A stretch of DNA of 54,916 nt, taken from positions 1 to 54,916 of the forward strand of contig JAYOYH010000032.1 in assembly GCA_038153405.1 (NCBI GenBank), given 5' to 3'. A program made the translations under genes and the position numbers. This DNA comes from Gemmatimonadota bacterium. Its GTDB lineage: Bacteria; Latescibacterota; UBA2968; UBA8231. The notes beneath the pieces were generated by a model. The model saw only the letters and a list, made by a program, of their open reading frames with translations. It was not told where the DNA came from and did no database searches. Within the stretch, counting starts at the first letter, position 1; every line of letters starts with the position of its first letter. This document shows positions 42,443 through 54,916 of the stretch, piece after piece.

Positions 42443-43968
42443 TGCGCTCTTTTATGCCAAGCCCGGGGATGCCGTGGGCGGTAATATCACTACTGCTGAT
42501 CTCTCTGCCCGCAAGCGCACAGGAAACAGGCCAGAACAGCTGGATTCAGGGCCGTTTAGACGAGTTGGACAATATCCTCGGCGGCACCGTCGGATGGCTG
42601 GCCTCAATCCTGCTCTTTGACTTTGGCACCGGCGTGCCCTTTATCGTCGGCGTACTGTTGCTGGGCGGCATATACTACACGCTCTTCTTCGGCTTCTTCT
42701 CCATCCGCGCCTTTGGCCATTCCATCGACGTTATTCGCGGCACCTACGACGACCCAAACGATCCCGGCGAGATCTCGCACTTCAAAGCATTGACCAGCGC
42801 GCTGTCGGCCACGATAGGCCTAGGCAATATCGCCGGCGTAGCCGTGGCCATCGGCACGGGCGGTCCGGGCGCACTCGTGTGGATGATCGTCACCGCCGTC
42901 TTCGGCATGTCATCCAAGCTGGCTTCTTGCACGCTGGCCATAATGTATCGGGACATCCACCCCGACGGACGCGTTACGGGTGGACCGATGTACTACTTGG
43001 AAAAGGGCCTCGAGCGCAAGGGCCTCAAACCGCTGGGCCGCACCCTAGCAGTCGTCTTCGCCCTGCTGTGCATCGGCGGCTCGCTGGGCGGCGGCAATAT
43101 GTTTCAGTCCAACCAAACGCTGGAAGCGCTGGGCACGCTGAGTCCGTTTTTCAAAACCTACAACTGGCTGGTCGGCATGGTGCTAGCGGCCCTCGTCGGC
43201 GTCGTTATCATCGGCGGCATTCGCCGCATCGCCAACGTAACGTCGCGCCTCGTGCCGACCATGTGTCTGCTCTACGTAATCAGCGCGCTGTTTATTATCC
43301 TGTCGAATGTCGGCCAGGTGCCGGCCATAATCGCCCTCGTCATCAGCCAAGCCTTTAGCGGCGATGCGCTCTACGGCGGCGTGCTGGGCATCATGGTTAC
43401 CGGCATCACCCGCGCGGCCTTTTCCAACGAGGCCGGTATTGGCTCGGCGGCCATTGCGCACTCGGCAGCCAAGACAGAAGAAGCCGCGCGCGAGGGCATC
43501 GTCGCCATGATCGGACCGTTTATCGACACCATTATCATCTGCACCATGACCGCGCTCGTGGTGATGCTAACCGGCGTGTATCAGGATCCCAACTTGCAGG
43601 GCAAGGGCGCCGAAATGACCGCTATGGCGTTTGGCTCGGTGATCCCCGGCGCCGAGTATGTACTAGCCATTGTCATCTGCCTATTTGCTTACTCGACGAT
43701 GATTTCGTGGGAATATTACGGAGAGCGCTCTTGGGAGTATCTATTTGGCACCGGTTCGATGATCGTCTTCCGCCTGCTATTTGTCTTCTTCGTCTTTGTC
43801 GGCGCCGTCACCCAATTGAAAAACGTGATCGATTTTTCCGACCTGATGATCCTCAGCATGGCCTTTCCCAACATCATCGGCGGCATCCTGCTCAGCCCAC
43901 AAATCAAAGAGCGTTTGACTGAGTACTGGAACCGCTTGCAGAGCGGCCAAATGAAGCGCTATCGATAA
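42442..43968 (+). CDS. Alanine/glycine:cation symporter (AgcS family)
   Basis: SATIGLGNIAGVA, GGPGA, GGPMYY, FSNEAGIGSA, FIDTIIIC. Confidence 0.93.
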   Translation: MRSFMPSPGMPWAVISLLLISLPASAQETGQNSWIQGRLDELDNILGGTVGWLASILLFDFGTGVPFIVGVLLLGGIYYTLFFGFFSIRAFGHSIDVIRGTYDDPNDPGEISHFKALTSALSATIGLGNIAGVAVAIGTGGPGALVWMIVTAVFGMSSKLASCTLAIMYRDIHPDGRVTGGPMYYLEKGLERKGLKPLGRTLAVVFALLCIGGSLGGGNMFQSNQTLEALGTLSPFFKTYNWLVGMVLAALVGVVIIGGIRRIANVTSRLVPTMCLLYVISALFIILSNVGQVPAIIALVISQAFSGDALYGGVLGIMVTGITRAAFSNEAGIGSAAIAHSAAKTEEAAREGIVAMIGPFIDTIIICTMTALVVMLTGVYQDPNLQGKGAEMTAMAFGSVIPGAEYVLAIVICLFAYSTMISWEYYGERSWEYLFGTGSMIVFRLLFVFFVFVGAVTQLKNVIDFSDLMILSMAFPNIIGGILLSPQIKERLTEYWNRLQSGQMKRYR

Positions 43969-43991
43969 CGAGCCAACGCCGTAAAAGTCCG

Positions 43992-44023
43992 TGGGGAGCG
44001 CGCTCTTGCGCTCCCCATTTTTT
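43992..44023 (+). terminator. Intrinsic terminator
   Basis: TGGGGAGCGC-N6-GCGCTCCCCA-TTTTTT. Confidence 0.8.
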
Positions 44024-44093
44024 GTGCTATCATCAGCCCAATGCGGGAGCGCATACGTCCGCTGCTATAGCTGTACCTTCTCGGGTCTAACAC

Positions 44094-45167
44094 ATGCACA
44101 CAATGCTTGCACTACTGCTCTGCGTTCTATTGAGCGCGCTGGGCGCAGACGAATTGCCGCGCGTCGACACCATCATCGTCGAAGAAGTATCCCTGCCGCT
44201 GCAGATGCACTTAGATGGCACCCTGCACCCGCATCGCCAAGCCGAACTGGCCTGTGAGGTTGGCGGCATCGTCGCCGCGCGCGCGGCCCTCATTGGGCAG
44301 CGCGTCGAACGGGGAGACGTCCTACTGCGCCTGGATGCACAGCGCTTTGCCCTGCAGCTACAGATGCGCAGGGCCGAGTTGGATGCGATGCGCAGCAGCG
44401 CCCTACTCGCCGAGCAGAGCTGGCAGCGGGTGCGCCAGCTGCGCGCAGACGACACGGCCAGCGACGAAGAGCTCGAACGAGCGACGTTTGAAAAGGACAG
44501 CGCTGCAGCCCGAGTACGAGCAGCCAGCGCAGCGTTGGGCATGGCCGAGTTGGACTTAGAAAAAAGCACTCTGCGCGCCCCGTTTAGCGGCGAGATCGCC
44601 GCCGTCTACTGCGAAGTGGGCGAGGCCATTGGCGCAGGCCAACCGCTGGTGCGCCTAGCGGCAACCGATACGGTACTAGTGCGCGCAGCCGTTTCCAGCG
44701 ACCAAGTCCAGCGGCTGAGAAACGGACTCTCAGCGCACATCACCCCTCGCGATGGCAGTCCGCCATTCCAGGCGCAGCTGCGCTCGTTTTCGCGCGTTGC
44801 CGATCCGCAATCGCGCCGCTACGCCGTAGAACTGCAGGCGGCCAATGACATCCCACGCGCCTTTGGCGCGCTGGCCGCCGTCGAGCTGACCAGCAGCCAC
44901 ATCCAGAGCGGCGTGCTAGTTAGCGAAGATGCCCTGCGCTCGTTTGCCGGCACGACCTATGCCTACATTGCCGATCAGCGCGAGGGCATGACGCACCTGC
45001 GCCAGCACCCGGTGACCATTGGGCGCGAACTACCCGGCGGCCTGTTTCTCATCACGGAGGGCCTGAGCGCTGGCCAGACGGTGGCTGCGGGGGGTTCCCA
45101 GATGGCCGACGGACTGCGCGTGCAGCCGGCCGGGCGGCGGCATATTCCCTCGAGTTCGGCACCGTGA
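44094..45167 (+). CDS. RND efflux periplasmic adaptor (MFP)
   Basis: Signal peptide, GQRVERGDVLLRLD, helical hairpin, LRAPFSG. Confidence 0.9.
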   Translation: MHTMLALLLCVLLSALGADELPRVDTIIVEEVSLPLQMHLDGTLHPHRQAELACEVGGIVAARAALIGQRVERGDVLLRLDAQRFALQLQMRRAELDAMRSSALLAEQSWQRVRQLRADDTASDEELERATFEKDSAAARVRAASAALGMAELDLEKSTLRAPFSGEIAAVYCEVGEAIGAGQPLVRLAATDTVLVRAAVSSDQVQRLRNGLSAHITPRDGSPPFQAQLRSFSRVADPQSRRYAVELQAANDIPRAFGALAAVELTSSHIQSGVLVSEDALRSFAGTTYAYIADQREGMTHLRQHPVTIGRELPGGLFLITEGLSAGQTVAAGGSQMADGLRVQPAGRRHIPSSSAP

Positions 45168-48100
45168 AATCGCTCTTCGGCTGGGTCGTCGCCAATCCAC
45201 TTATCGCCAACCTACTCAGCGCCTGTTTTTTGTTGGGAGGTACCGGTGCCTATGTGACAATGCCGCAGGAGTACCTGCCTCCGGTCAATCTCAAGTGGCT
45301 CTTCGTCGTCCTCTCTTACCCTGGCGTCTCGGCTGCCGATATCGAGCGCCTCATCACCCAGCCGGCCGAAGATGAGCTAGAAAAAATAGACTACGTCAGC
45401 CAGTTTAATTCGATTTCCAGCGAAGGCAGCGTCGAATTCTCGATGCAGTTCGAGGACATTTCCTCCGATGAGTTTGAGCGCCAGTATCAAGAAACGCGCC
45501 AGGCCATCGACCGCGTCAGCCTACCCAATGCCGTTCTCGATCCATTCTACATCAAAATTAAGTCTTCCAACTTCATTCCACTCGTACAAGTTGCCCTCAG
45601 CGGCGACGAGCATATCTCTTATAAACAGCTGCGCCAGAGCACCGACGATCTGCGCGATGCCATAGAAGACTTCTGGGAGGTGGACCGCGTATTCCTCTTC
45701 GACGATCGCGAGCGCCAAATACACGTGCAGGTCGATCCGCCGAGCGCGCGCCAGCTCAACCTGTCGCTGGGCGATATCGGCGCGGCCATCGCGGCGCAGA
45801 ACGCCGATATACCCGCCGGCACGCTGCAGCTGGGCACGTCGGAATTTCTCGTGCGCCACCAGGGCCAGTTCCGCAGTATAGAGGACATCGAGTCCACTGT
45901 CGTATCGCGCGACCCACAGGGTAACCACGTGCGCTTGCACCAGGTCGCCACCGTCGTAGACACCTACGCGCGCGAGGAGGCGCGCTCGCGCCTCGAGGGC
46001 AGGCGCAGCATTGCCCTCGGCGTAACTAAGAAAGACGTCGGCTCGTCGTTGGATCTGCTCGACAAAATCCATCAGCGCATCGAGGTATTTTCGCAGACCC
46101 TGCCGCCCGGCATGCATATAGACTTGGTGAACGATACCTCGGTCCGCGTGCGCAATGCCTTAGTAAACCTGCAGACCAACGCGCTGGCCGGAGGCGTTCT
46201 GGTCATCGTAGTGCTATGGCTCTTTATCGGCTGGCGCAACAGCATGCTAACCGCCATTGGCATTCCCATCGCCTTCAGCCTGGCCTTTGCCCTGCTCAAA
46301 CTCATGGGCTCTTCGATCAACGAGAACACCCTATTTGGTCTGGTGCTCGTGCTGGGCATGGTCGTCGATGACGCTATCGTCGTTATCGAGAACGTCTATC
46401 GCTATCTGCAAATGGGCTGGAAGCGCACGGAAGCCGTCATCGTCGGCACCCAAGAAGTGCTGTCGCCCGTGCTAACTTCGACCCTGACGACCATCGCCGC
46501 CTTTATGCCGCTGGTCCTGCTGCCCGGAACGATTGGCGAATTCCTCAAGGTCGTTCCCATCACCGTCAGCCTGACGCTGGCCGCCTCGCTCGTCGAGTGC
46601 TTTCTCATTCTGCCATCGCATATCGCCGACTTCGGCGGCGGGCGGCAAATGAGTCCGCTCGACGGTCGCATCGAGCGCCTGACGCAGCGCTATACAGGAC
46701 TGCTGGCAACGATCCTGCCTTCCTGGCGACGCTACGCCGTTTCCATCGGCGTGCCCACCGCCATACTCGTTTCGGCTAGCTTCGTATTTCCCCAGCTGCG
46801 CCAGGAGTTATTCAGCTCCGACCCGCAGAGTTATTTCGCCGTCTGGCTGACCTTGCCAGAGGGGACTGCGCTCGACGAGACCGACCGCCACAGCCAGCGG
46901 CTCGAAGGCATCGTGCGCGCCATGCCCGACGAATACGCCCAGCACGTCGAGCGGGTGCTAGTCAACGTCGGCGTGCAAAATACCGAGAGCCGCACCTTTA
47001 CGCGGCCGAACTACGCCGAGATTATCGTCGACATTGCAGACGGTTCTGAAGTAAAAGGGCGATTGGAAAGCATGGTTGAATACGTGCGTCAAGCCGCCGC
47101 ACAGATGGGCTATACGCAGGAGGATGTGCGCGTCAAGATCATTGAAAATGGCCCGCCCAAAGACTTTCCCATCGAAGCCAAAATACAGGGCGATGACTAC
47201 GCGACGCTCGATGCCATCGCCGAACGGCTCAAGGCACGCCTAGCCACGCACCCAGGACTCATCAACATCGGCGACGACTACGTGCCGGGAAAGGGCGAGC
47301 TAACGTATCAGCTCAAGCGCGCCGAAGCCCAGCGCCTCGGACTGACGTCTAGCGACGTGGGCTACGCGCTGCAGAGCGCTCTCAACGGCCAACCCGCCGG
47401 CACATTTCGCGCCGAAGACGAGGAGCGCCCGATCCTCGTTCGCTATGCGCCGACCTGGTTCACTGCGGGCAGTCGCCTAGAAGACATCGACGTGCGCACG
47501 CCGGGCGGCGACTTCGTGCGACTCGGCTCCGTAGCCGACCTGCGCCGCGACACCGGCTTCAGCGAAATCAAACGCCGCGACTTCCGGCGCACAATTACCG
47601 TATATGCAGAAGAGAGCGAAACGGGGGCCGCCGCCCGCACCGTTGACGATCTAAGAGCGTACTTTCAGGAACAGATCGCTCCAACCCATCCGGGCTATTC
47701 GCTGGTCTTTGGGGGGCAGTTCCAAGAATTCGATCAGGCCTTTGACAATATCGTCCTGCTCTTTAGTCTGGGCGCTATGTGCATCTTTTTCATTCTCGTC
47801 GTGCAGTTCCGCTCGCTCATCCAGCCCTTTATTATTCTCACCACCATACCCTTTGCCCTAGCCGGAGCCATGGTCGGCCTCATCGCCAACGGCTACCCCC
47901 TTTCCATCACTGTCATTTACGGCATGGTGGGCCTATCCGGCGTAGTAGTCAACGACTCGATCGTGCTCATCAGCTTTGCCAACGCGGCGCGCCAGCGCGG
48001 ACTAGCCGTGCGCGAAGCCATACTCGACGCGGCCTCCAAGCGCCTGCGCCCGATTCTGCTGACCACCGTCACCACCGTCGGCGGCGTGCTGCCCATTGCC

Positions 48101-48295
48101 CTCGGGCTGACGGGCAAATCGGCCGTATGGTCACCGCTGGCCACGCTCATCGTCTACGGCCTGACCACGGCCACTGCCCTGATGCTAGTGGTCATTCCCT
48201 GTCTCTACTGGGTGACCGAAGACGTGCGCTATTTCATTCGGGAAAATATGGGATGGGCGCGCCTCGAAGAGCGCCTGCGCCAAAAAGATGCCTAG
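45164..48295 (+). CDS. RND efflux permease (AcrB/AcrD/AcrF family)
   Basis: GMVVDDAIVVIEN, VVNDSIVL, RLRPILLT; GTGA overlap with the MFP gene. Confidence 0.95.
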   Translation: MKSLFGWVVANPLIANLLSACFLLGGTGAYVTMPQEYLPPVNLKWLFVVLSYPGVSAADIERLITQPAEDELEKIDYVSQFNSISSEGSVEFSMQFEDISSDEFERQYQETRQAIDRVSLPNAVLDPFYIKIKSSNFIPLVQVALSGDEHISYKQLRQSTDDLRDAIEDFWEVDRVFLFDDRERQIHVQVDPPSARQLNLSLGDIGAAIAAQNADIPAGTLQLGTSEFLVRHQGQFRSIEDIESTVVSRDPQGNHVRLHQVATVVDTYAREEARSRLEGRRSIALGVTKKDVGSSLDLLDKIHQRIEVFSQTLPPGMHIDLVNDTSVRVRNALVNLQTNALAGGVLVIVVLWLFIGWRNSMLTAIGIPIAFSLAFALLKLMGSSINENTLFGLVLVLGMVVDDAIVVIENVYRYLQMGWKRTEAVIVGTQEVLSPVLTSTLTTIAAFMPLVLLPGTIGEFLKVVPITVSLTLAASLVECFLILPSHIADFGGGRQMSPLDGRIERLTQRYTGLLATILPSWRRYAVSIGVPTAILVSASFVFPQLRQELFSSDPQSYFAVWLTLPEGTALDETDRHSQRLEGIVRAMPDEYAQHVERVLVNVGVQNTESRTFTRPNYAEIIVDIADGSEVKGRLESMVEYVRQAAAQMGYTQEDVRVKIIENGPPKDFPIEAKIQGDDYATLDAIAERLKARLATHPGLINIGDDYVPGKGELTYQLKRAEAQRLGLTSSDVGYALQSALNGQPAGTFRAEDEERPILVRYAPTWFTAGSRLEDIDVRTPGGDFVRLGSVADLRRDTGFSEIKRRDFRRTITVYAEESETGAAARTVDDLRAYFQEQIAPTHPGYSLVFGGQFQEFDQAFDNIVLLFSLGAMCIFFILVVQFRSLIQPFIILTTIPFALAGAMVGLIANGYPLSITVIYGMVGLSGVVVNDSIVLISFANAARQRGLAVREAILDAASKRLRPILLTTVTTVGGVLPIALGLTGKSAVWSPLATLIVYGLTTATALMLVVIPCLYWVTEDVRYFIRENMGWARLEERLRQKDA

Positions 48296-48298
48296 GCG

Positions 48299-49441
48299 CT
48301 ATTCCGGCAGCAACGCCCCCAGCGGTTTGGGAAAGCGCTCGCTGTGGTCGCGCACCGTGCTCGTACCCGCAATAAAGTGGGCGATCGCCGCCAAACCCAC
48401 CTCGTAGCGACTGCCTGGATTCCACAGCAGCCAGCCGCGTGCACCGCCTTCTTCGGCCCCGTGCAGTTGCTCCGTAATGTACGACGCGTCGTAGTCGGTC
48501 ACGCGGTAGTCAAAGGCCTGCACCCACGGGCGGACTTCTACGCCGTGGGCGGCCGCGCGCGCGCGCAGCCGCATGCACCCCTGATAGAGAAAGTAGTAGG
48601 GATGGTCGACGGGACTGGGAATGCGGTTGAACCCATCTTCGAAATGGGACGGATAGAGCATCGGCGAAACGGCGTCGAGATGGGGCAGCAAATCGTCCAC
48701 ACTCTGCCCAATAGTCGCCACATCGGCGCGGCGCCCCCAGGCCGTAATGCCGAAAATATCGGCAGATAGGCGCACGCCCACAGGCTGCAGGGCCGCGCGC
48801 AGGCGCCGGACGAAACCGGTAATCACCGCATCCTTGGGCAACTCCTGTGGATCAAAGGAGAATACGGCATCGGCTAGGTTGCCTTCCGTTGGAAATCGCA
48901 CGTAGTCCAATTGGATCTCGTCGACTCCTAGGGCCGCCACCTCCAGCGCCAAGTCAATCAGATACTGCTGCACTTGCGGTAGAGCGGGATCGACCCAGTT
49001 GGGTCGATTCTTTTCCGCCCACAGCCCCTTGCCGCTGCGCGAAAGCGGCACATATTCGGGACGCTTTTCGGCCAGTAAGACATCGTGGAAGCAGGTCAGG
49101 CGCGCCACGACATAGATGCCCCTCTCCCGCCAACCGGCCACCAGCGCAGCCGGCGCGCGAATAGGCGCCTCGGCGCTAGCCCCGATGTCCTGCGCCAGGG
49201 GAACCGATGAAGCATAGCTAAGCCGGCCCAGGCGATCTTTCACGTCGAATACGACGGCGTTGCCGCCCGCATCGACCAGCCCATCGACCAGTTTAGCGCC
49301 GCGCGCACTGCCCGCCGCGTGCGCGTTTATGTAAATGCCGCGCGCCGCCGGAAAAGCGTTCTCATCGCTCCAAACAGCGCAGACTTGCAGCAGAAAAAAT
49401 GCCAGCACAACCGGGAGTCGGAGCAGGAAAAATGCGTTCAA
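48299..49441 (-). CDS. Secreted putative glycoside hydrolase (DUF4015-like TIM barrel)
   Basis: Signal peptide, RGIY, VFDVKD, DEIQLDYVRFP, SADIFG, SPMLYPSH, RPWVQAF, WLLWN. Confidence 0.85.
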   Translation of the reverse strand: MNAFFLLRLPVVLAFFLLQVCAVWSDENAFPAARGIYINAHAAGSARGAKLVDGLVDAGGNAVVFDVKDRLGRLSYASSVPLAQDIGASAEAPIRAPAALVAGWRERGIYVVARLTCFHDVLLAEKRPEYVPLSRSGKGLWAEKNRPNWVDPALPQVQQYLIDLALEVAALGVDEIQLDYVRFPTEGNLADAVFSFDPQELPKDAVITGFVRRLRAALQPVGVRLSADIFGITAWGRRADVATIGQSVDDLLPHLDAVSPMLYPSHFEDGFNRIPSPVDHPYYFLYQGCMRLRARAAAHGVEVRPWVQAFDYRVTDYDASYITEQLHGAEEGGARGWLLWNPGSRYEVGLAAIAHFIAGTSTVRDHSERFPKPLGALLPE

Positions 49442-49556
49442 AAAAAGATCTTTTTGTGTGTATTGTCATAGAAATAAAGCACTTAGGTAAGATAGAATGT
49501 CGGAATAAAAAAGCAAGGGCTTTGCGGGCATAGAGGCACCTTCACGCCTCCATTAC

Positions 49557-51347
49557 CTACTGGCCAACCGGATCCGATTCACCCTGCTCAAGCCATTCGC
49601 GGTCTTCGGCGAGGAAAATTTCCTCCATTTTCAAATCGGGAAAGGCTCCTTGCCACTGTCCCAACGGCACCTGCTCTTCTTGCTTGCCCATGCGCAACTG
49701 GCTGATAAAGGCAAAGCGGTTGAGGGCGAAGTTGAGCGTCAGCACCCGTCCTCCCCGCAGTTCGAAGTCCATTTGCTGCGTCTGACCGCCATAGCTCAGC
49801 TCGATCCAGTGTGGCCCAGCTGGCATATTGTGCAGGAGAATGCCGTTGTAGCCCGTCTTCAACAATTCCAGTGCATAGCGGCCATCTATGCGCAACTTCA
49901 GCTCGCTCTCAATGGCCGCGCCCAGCGGGGCCTGCACCAGCGCCAGCGACGCGTCGAGCGCCGCAAAGACTTCGCCGTCGGCCACGCCGCGATCGACGAC
50001 GCGCTCGGGATCGTCCAGCCCGGGTTGGGCCTTAACTGTCGGGCGCCTGTTCATCCAAGCCGGCGGCGGCAGTTGAGGGGTGCGCCCGCCGTCGCGCGTT
50101 AGCGCGTACGCGATGATATTGGCACCGGCCATAAGCGAGTAGAGAACGGGCTCGGTGCCGGCCCCCTCTATGCTGAAGCTGAGCCCCCAATTGGCGTGCA
50201 AGCTCATATCGCTGAGCAGGGCTACGAGCTTACCATCCATCTCCACGCCCCAAATGCCTAGGCGCGGCGGCTGCTCTTCCTGCAGCGCGTCTTCGGCGTT
50301 GGGGTCGAAATAGGCGGCCGTTTCGGCCGCAGTCAGTTCGTCGCGCTGCTGGGTGGGATAGTACCAGCTGGGATTGTCGCCCACGTCAAGGGCGCGCGCT
50401 TTGTCTTCGCCGGGAAAGCCGCCGCTGAAGTCGTAGAAGGCATGGTAGAGCGGATGGGTAACGGGCACCGGGCGCAGCACGGCATCTCCACCCAAAATCG
50501 AGCGCAAATGACCGCGCATCTCGCGCAGATAGCGATTGCTGCCCTCGATGAACAAGAAGCCACCCTCGCGCAAATAGCGCCCCAACATGGCCTTTTCCTC
50601 GGGCGAAAAATGCGTGAGGACATCGTCGCGATAGGCCGTCAGTCCACCGTCCTCAAAGAGGAAGTGGATCGGGTCCTTGAGCAGGTTCTCGGAGAGGAAA
50701 TAGTCGTAGGTCTTGTCGCGCACGCTGGCTAAAATGCGCGAGTTATCGCGCAGGTAGCGCCCCAGCGCATCGAGCGCTCCGCGCCCGCTGCCCGCGCCAT
50801 ACACGCGCAGCTGGGTGAAATTTACATAGCCTGTGAGGTCGCGCCGACTGTTCGGGTCGACGATCACCGCGGCGTGATCCTTATTGGCGCGCGCCATATC
50901 GACGATGCGCAGCAGATCCATCGAGGGAATGCCCAGACTGTCGGCCAGGCCTAATTCCGACGGCGAAAGCATGTTGACGGCCTCGATGATGGGTTCGTCC
51001 TCTTTGGCGCCGCTGGCGATCGAGCGCAGCGCCAGCGGCACTTCCTGCAGCTCGATTTCTTCCGGCTCGACCTGTAGCTTCAGATCGCGCTCGCTCAGTT
51101 CGACCGCCTCCCGCTCCGCGGCGATATACTCGAGCTTAAACTCGACCGGCGGCTCTTGCAGGGCGTTCTGCGCGATATTCAAGCGGCGCGGTTTAAACTG
51201 GGGGGCGATATTGGCCAAGCGCGCGCGGAACGACTCCGTCTCCAGCTCATCCAGCCACAGGTCGCGCACGACGTAAAGCCCGACCACGTGCACGAGTAGC
51301 GATAAGATAACGCTGAGCCAAACAGCTCGATGTCCTCTGCGATTCAT
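49557..51347 (-). CDS. Membrane-anchored DUF4159-domain protein
   Basis: TM 'SVILSLLVH', E/P-rich linker, then FSPEEKAMLGRYLREGGFLFIE, HPLYHAFYDF, GANIIAYALT. Start uncertain (ATG 51347 or up to 51419). Confidence 0.75.
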   Translation of the reverse strand: MNRRGHRAVWLSVILSLLVHVVGLYVVRDLWLDELETESFRARLANIAPQFKPRRLNIAQNALQEPPVEFKLEYIAAEREAVELSERDLKLQVEPEEIELQEVPLALRSIASGAKEDEPIIEAVNMLSPSELGLADSLGIPSMDLLRIVDMARANKDHAAVIVDPNSRRDLTGYVNFTQLRVYGAGSGRGALDALGRYLRDNSRILASVRDKTYDYFLSENLLKDPIHFLFEDGGLTAYRDDVLTHFSPEEKAMLGRYLREGGFLFIEGSNRYLREMRGHLRSILGGDAVLRPVPVTHPLYHAFYDFSGGFPGEDKARALDVGDNPSWYYPTQQRDELTAAETAAYFDPNAEDALQEEQPPRLGIWGVEMDGKLVALLSDMSLHANWGLSFSIEGAGTEPVLYSLMAGANIIAYALTRDGGRTPQLPPPAWMNRRPTVKAQPGLDDPERVVDRGVADGEVFAALDASLALVQAPLGAAIESELKLRIDGRYALELLKTGYNGILLHNMPAGPHWIELSYGGQTQQMDFELRGGRVLTLNFALNRFAFISQLRMGKQEEQVPLGQWQGAFPDLKMEEIFLAEDREWLEQGESDPVGQ

Positions 51348-51606
51348 CTGAGTGTGAACAACCCCACGTTTATCCGCGCCACGCGGCGCGCCGTCTTTCC
51401 CCATAGGGAGACGGCGCAATCACCGCCTCGTTCCTCGCGTGCTACGGCTCGTTAATATATATAAACAGGTGATCATCTGCCCGGTGACGGGCACGTTTAC
51501 GGCTGCGGTTGATCCTTTGCAAAAAATGTCGAAGTTCTTATTTTGATTTGTTTAACAACGCGCACCCGGCGCGCCCCATCCCAGAAGACGAGGACTCGCG
51601 TTCGCT

Positions 51607-54270
<2,664 letters not shown>

Positions 54271-54297
54271 CGCGGCGCGCGCCGAAACTGAAAGACT

Positions 54298-54916
54298 ATG
54301 TCGACAGAATTTAACATGCCCGACCTGGGCGAAAACATCGAGCGCGGCGATGTCGTCAGCGTGCTGGTCGCCGTGGGCGACCGCATTGAGGAAGACCAGC
54401 CCGTCATCGAGCTAGAAACCGACAAGGCCGTTATCGAAGTGCCCGCTTCCATCGGTGGCATCGTAGAGGCCGTGCATGTGAAAGAGGGCGATAGCGCCGC
54501 CGTCGGCCAGCTCCTGCTGACCATCGGCAGCACCGAGTCGGCAGGCGAGACCGGTGCCGAGCCAAGCGCAGACCCGGCGCCGGTTGCAAATACCGCAGTG
54601 CAAGAGTCCGCACCCGAGTCGGCGCCCGTCCCGCCGATCGCACCGCAATCGGCCACCGCAATCGAGTTTAACATGCCCGACCTGGGCGAAAACATCGAGC
54701 GCGGCGATGTCGTCAGCGTGCTGGTCGCCGTGGGCGACCGCATTGAGGAAGACCAGCCCGTCATCGAGCTAGAAACCGACAAGGCCGTTATCGAAGTGCC
54801 CGCCTCTGCCGGTGGCATAGTAGAAGCCGTGCACGTAAAGGCAGGCGACAGCGCCGCCGTCGGACAGCTGCTGCTGACCATTGCCGGCACGGTTGCCGCA
54901 CCCGCTGCTTCCGCAC
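54298..54916 (+). CDS. aceF: Dihydrolipoamide acetyltransferase E2, 3'-truncated; at least two lipoyl domains
   Basis: Not in the ORF track because no stop lies in the window. [14 protein letters not shown]...[11 protein letters not shown] occurs twice with A/P-rich linkers; follows aceE. Confidence 0.9.
   Translation, partial: MSTEFNMPDLGENIERGDVVSVLVAVGDRIEEDQPVIELETDKAVIEVPASIGGIVEAVHVKEGDSAAVGQLLLTIGSTESAGETGAEPSADPAPVANTAVQESAPESAPVPPIAPQSATAIEFNMPDLGENIERGDVVSVLVAVGDRIEEDQPVIELETDKAVIEVPASAGGIVEAVHVKAGDSAAVGQLLLTIAGTVAAPAASA
54310..54803 (+). repeat. 137-bp exact direct repeat (54310-54446 and 54667-54803) encoding the lipoyl domains
   Basis: Base-by-base identity at an offset of 357 nt. 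Confidence 0.9.

Noticed and set aside
44094..48295. RND pair lacking an outer-membrane factor gene
   Set aside because: Use of an unlinked TolC-like protein is routine.
51388..51417. GC hairpin GCGCCGTCT/AGACGGCGC in the DUF4159-aceE divergent region as a riboswitch or ncRNA
   Set aside because: It is a single stem with no U-tract or recognisable aptamer motif.

Overview
GC-rich bacterial chromosomal segment, probably from a diderm marine/FCB-type lineage (inferred from gene content only). Most of it is housekeeping: fabI, pyrG-lptC/A-lptB-rpoN, gatC, smc, a complete F0F1 atp operon directly downstream of nqrABCDEF+nqrM, panB, an Ala/Gly:cation symporter, an RND pair, aceE and a partial aceF. 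No rRNA, tRNA, CRISPR array or mobile element was recognised. Two accessory clusters stand out. (1) <1-5495: two divergent ATP-grasp ligases, a fucokinase-like GHMP kinase with an unassigned N-terminal domain, and a NYN nuclease. (2) 7103-10647: a protein that appears to be three tandem Rid/YjgF domains, a split ComD/ComE-type ThDP decarboxylase, and a LarA-superfamily protein; this is a candidate undescribed 2-keto/2-hydroxy-acid pathway. Also notable are a long LptC/OstA-repeat protein, an atypical CTP synthase with no adjacent kds genes, a sigma-54-type promoter with candidate enhancer sites upstream of an orphan ECF sigma factor, and an orphan HprK-related kinase. All family calls come from motif recognition by eye; no database searches were run.
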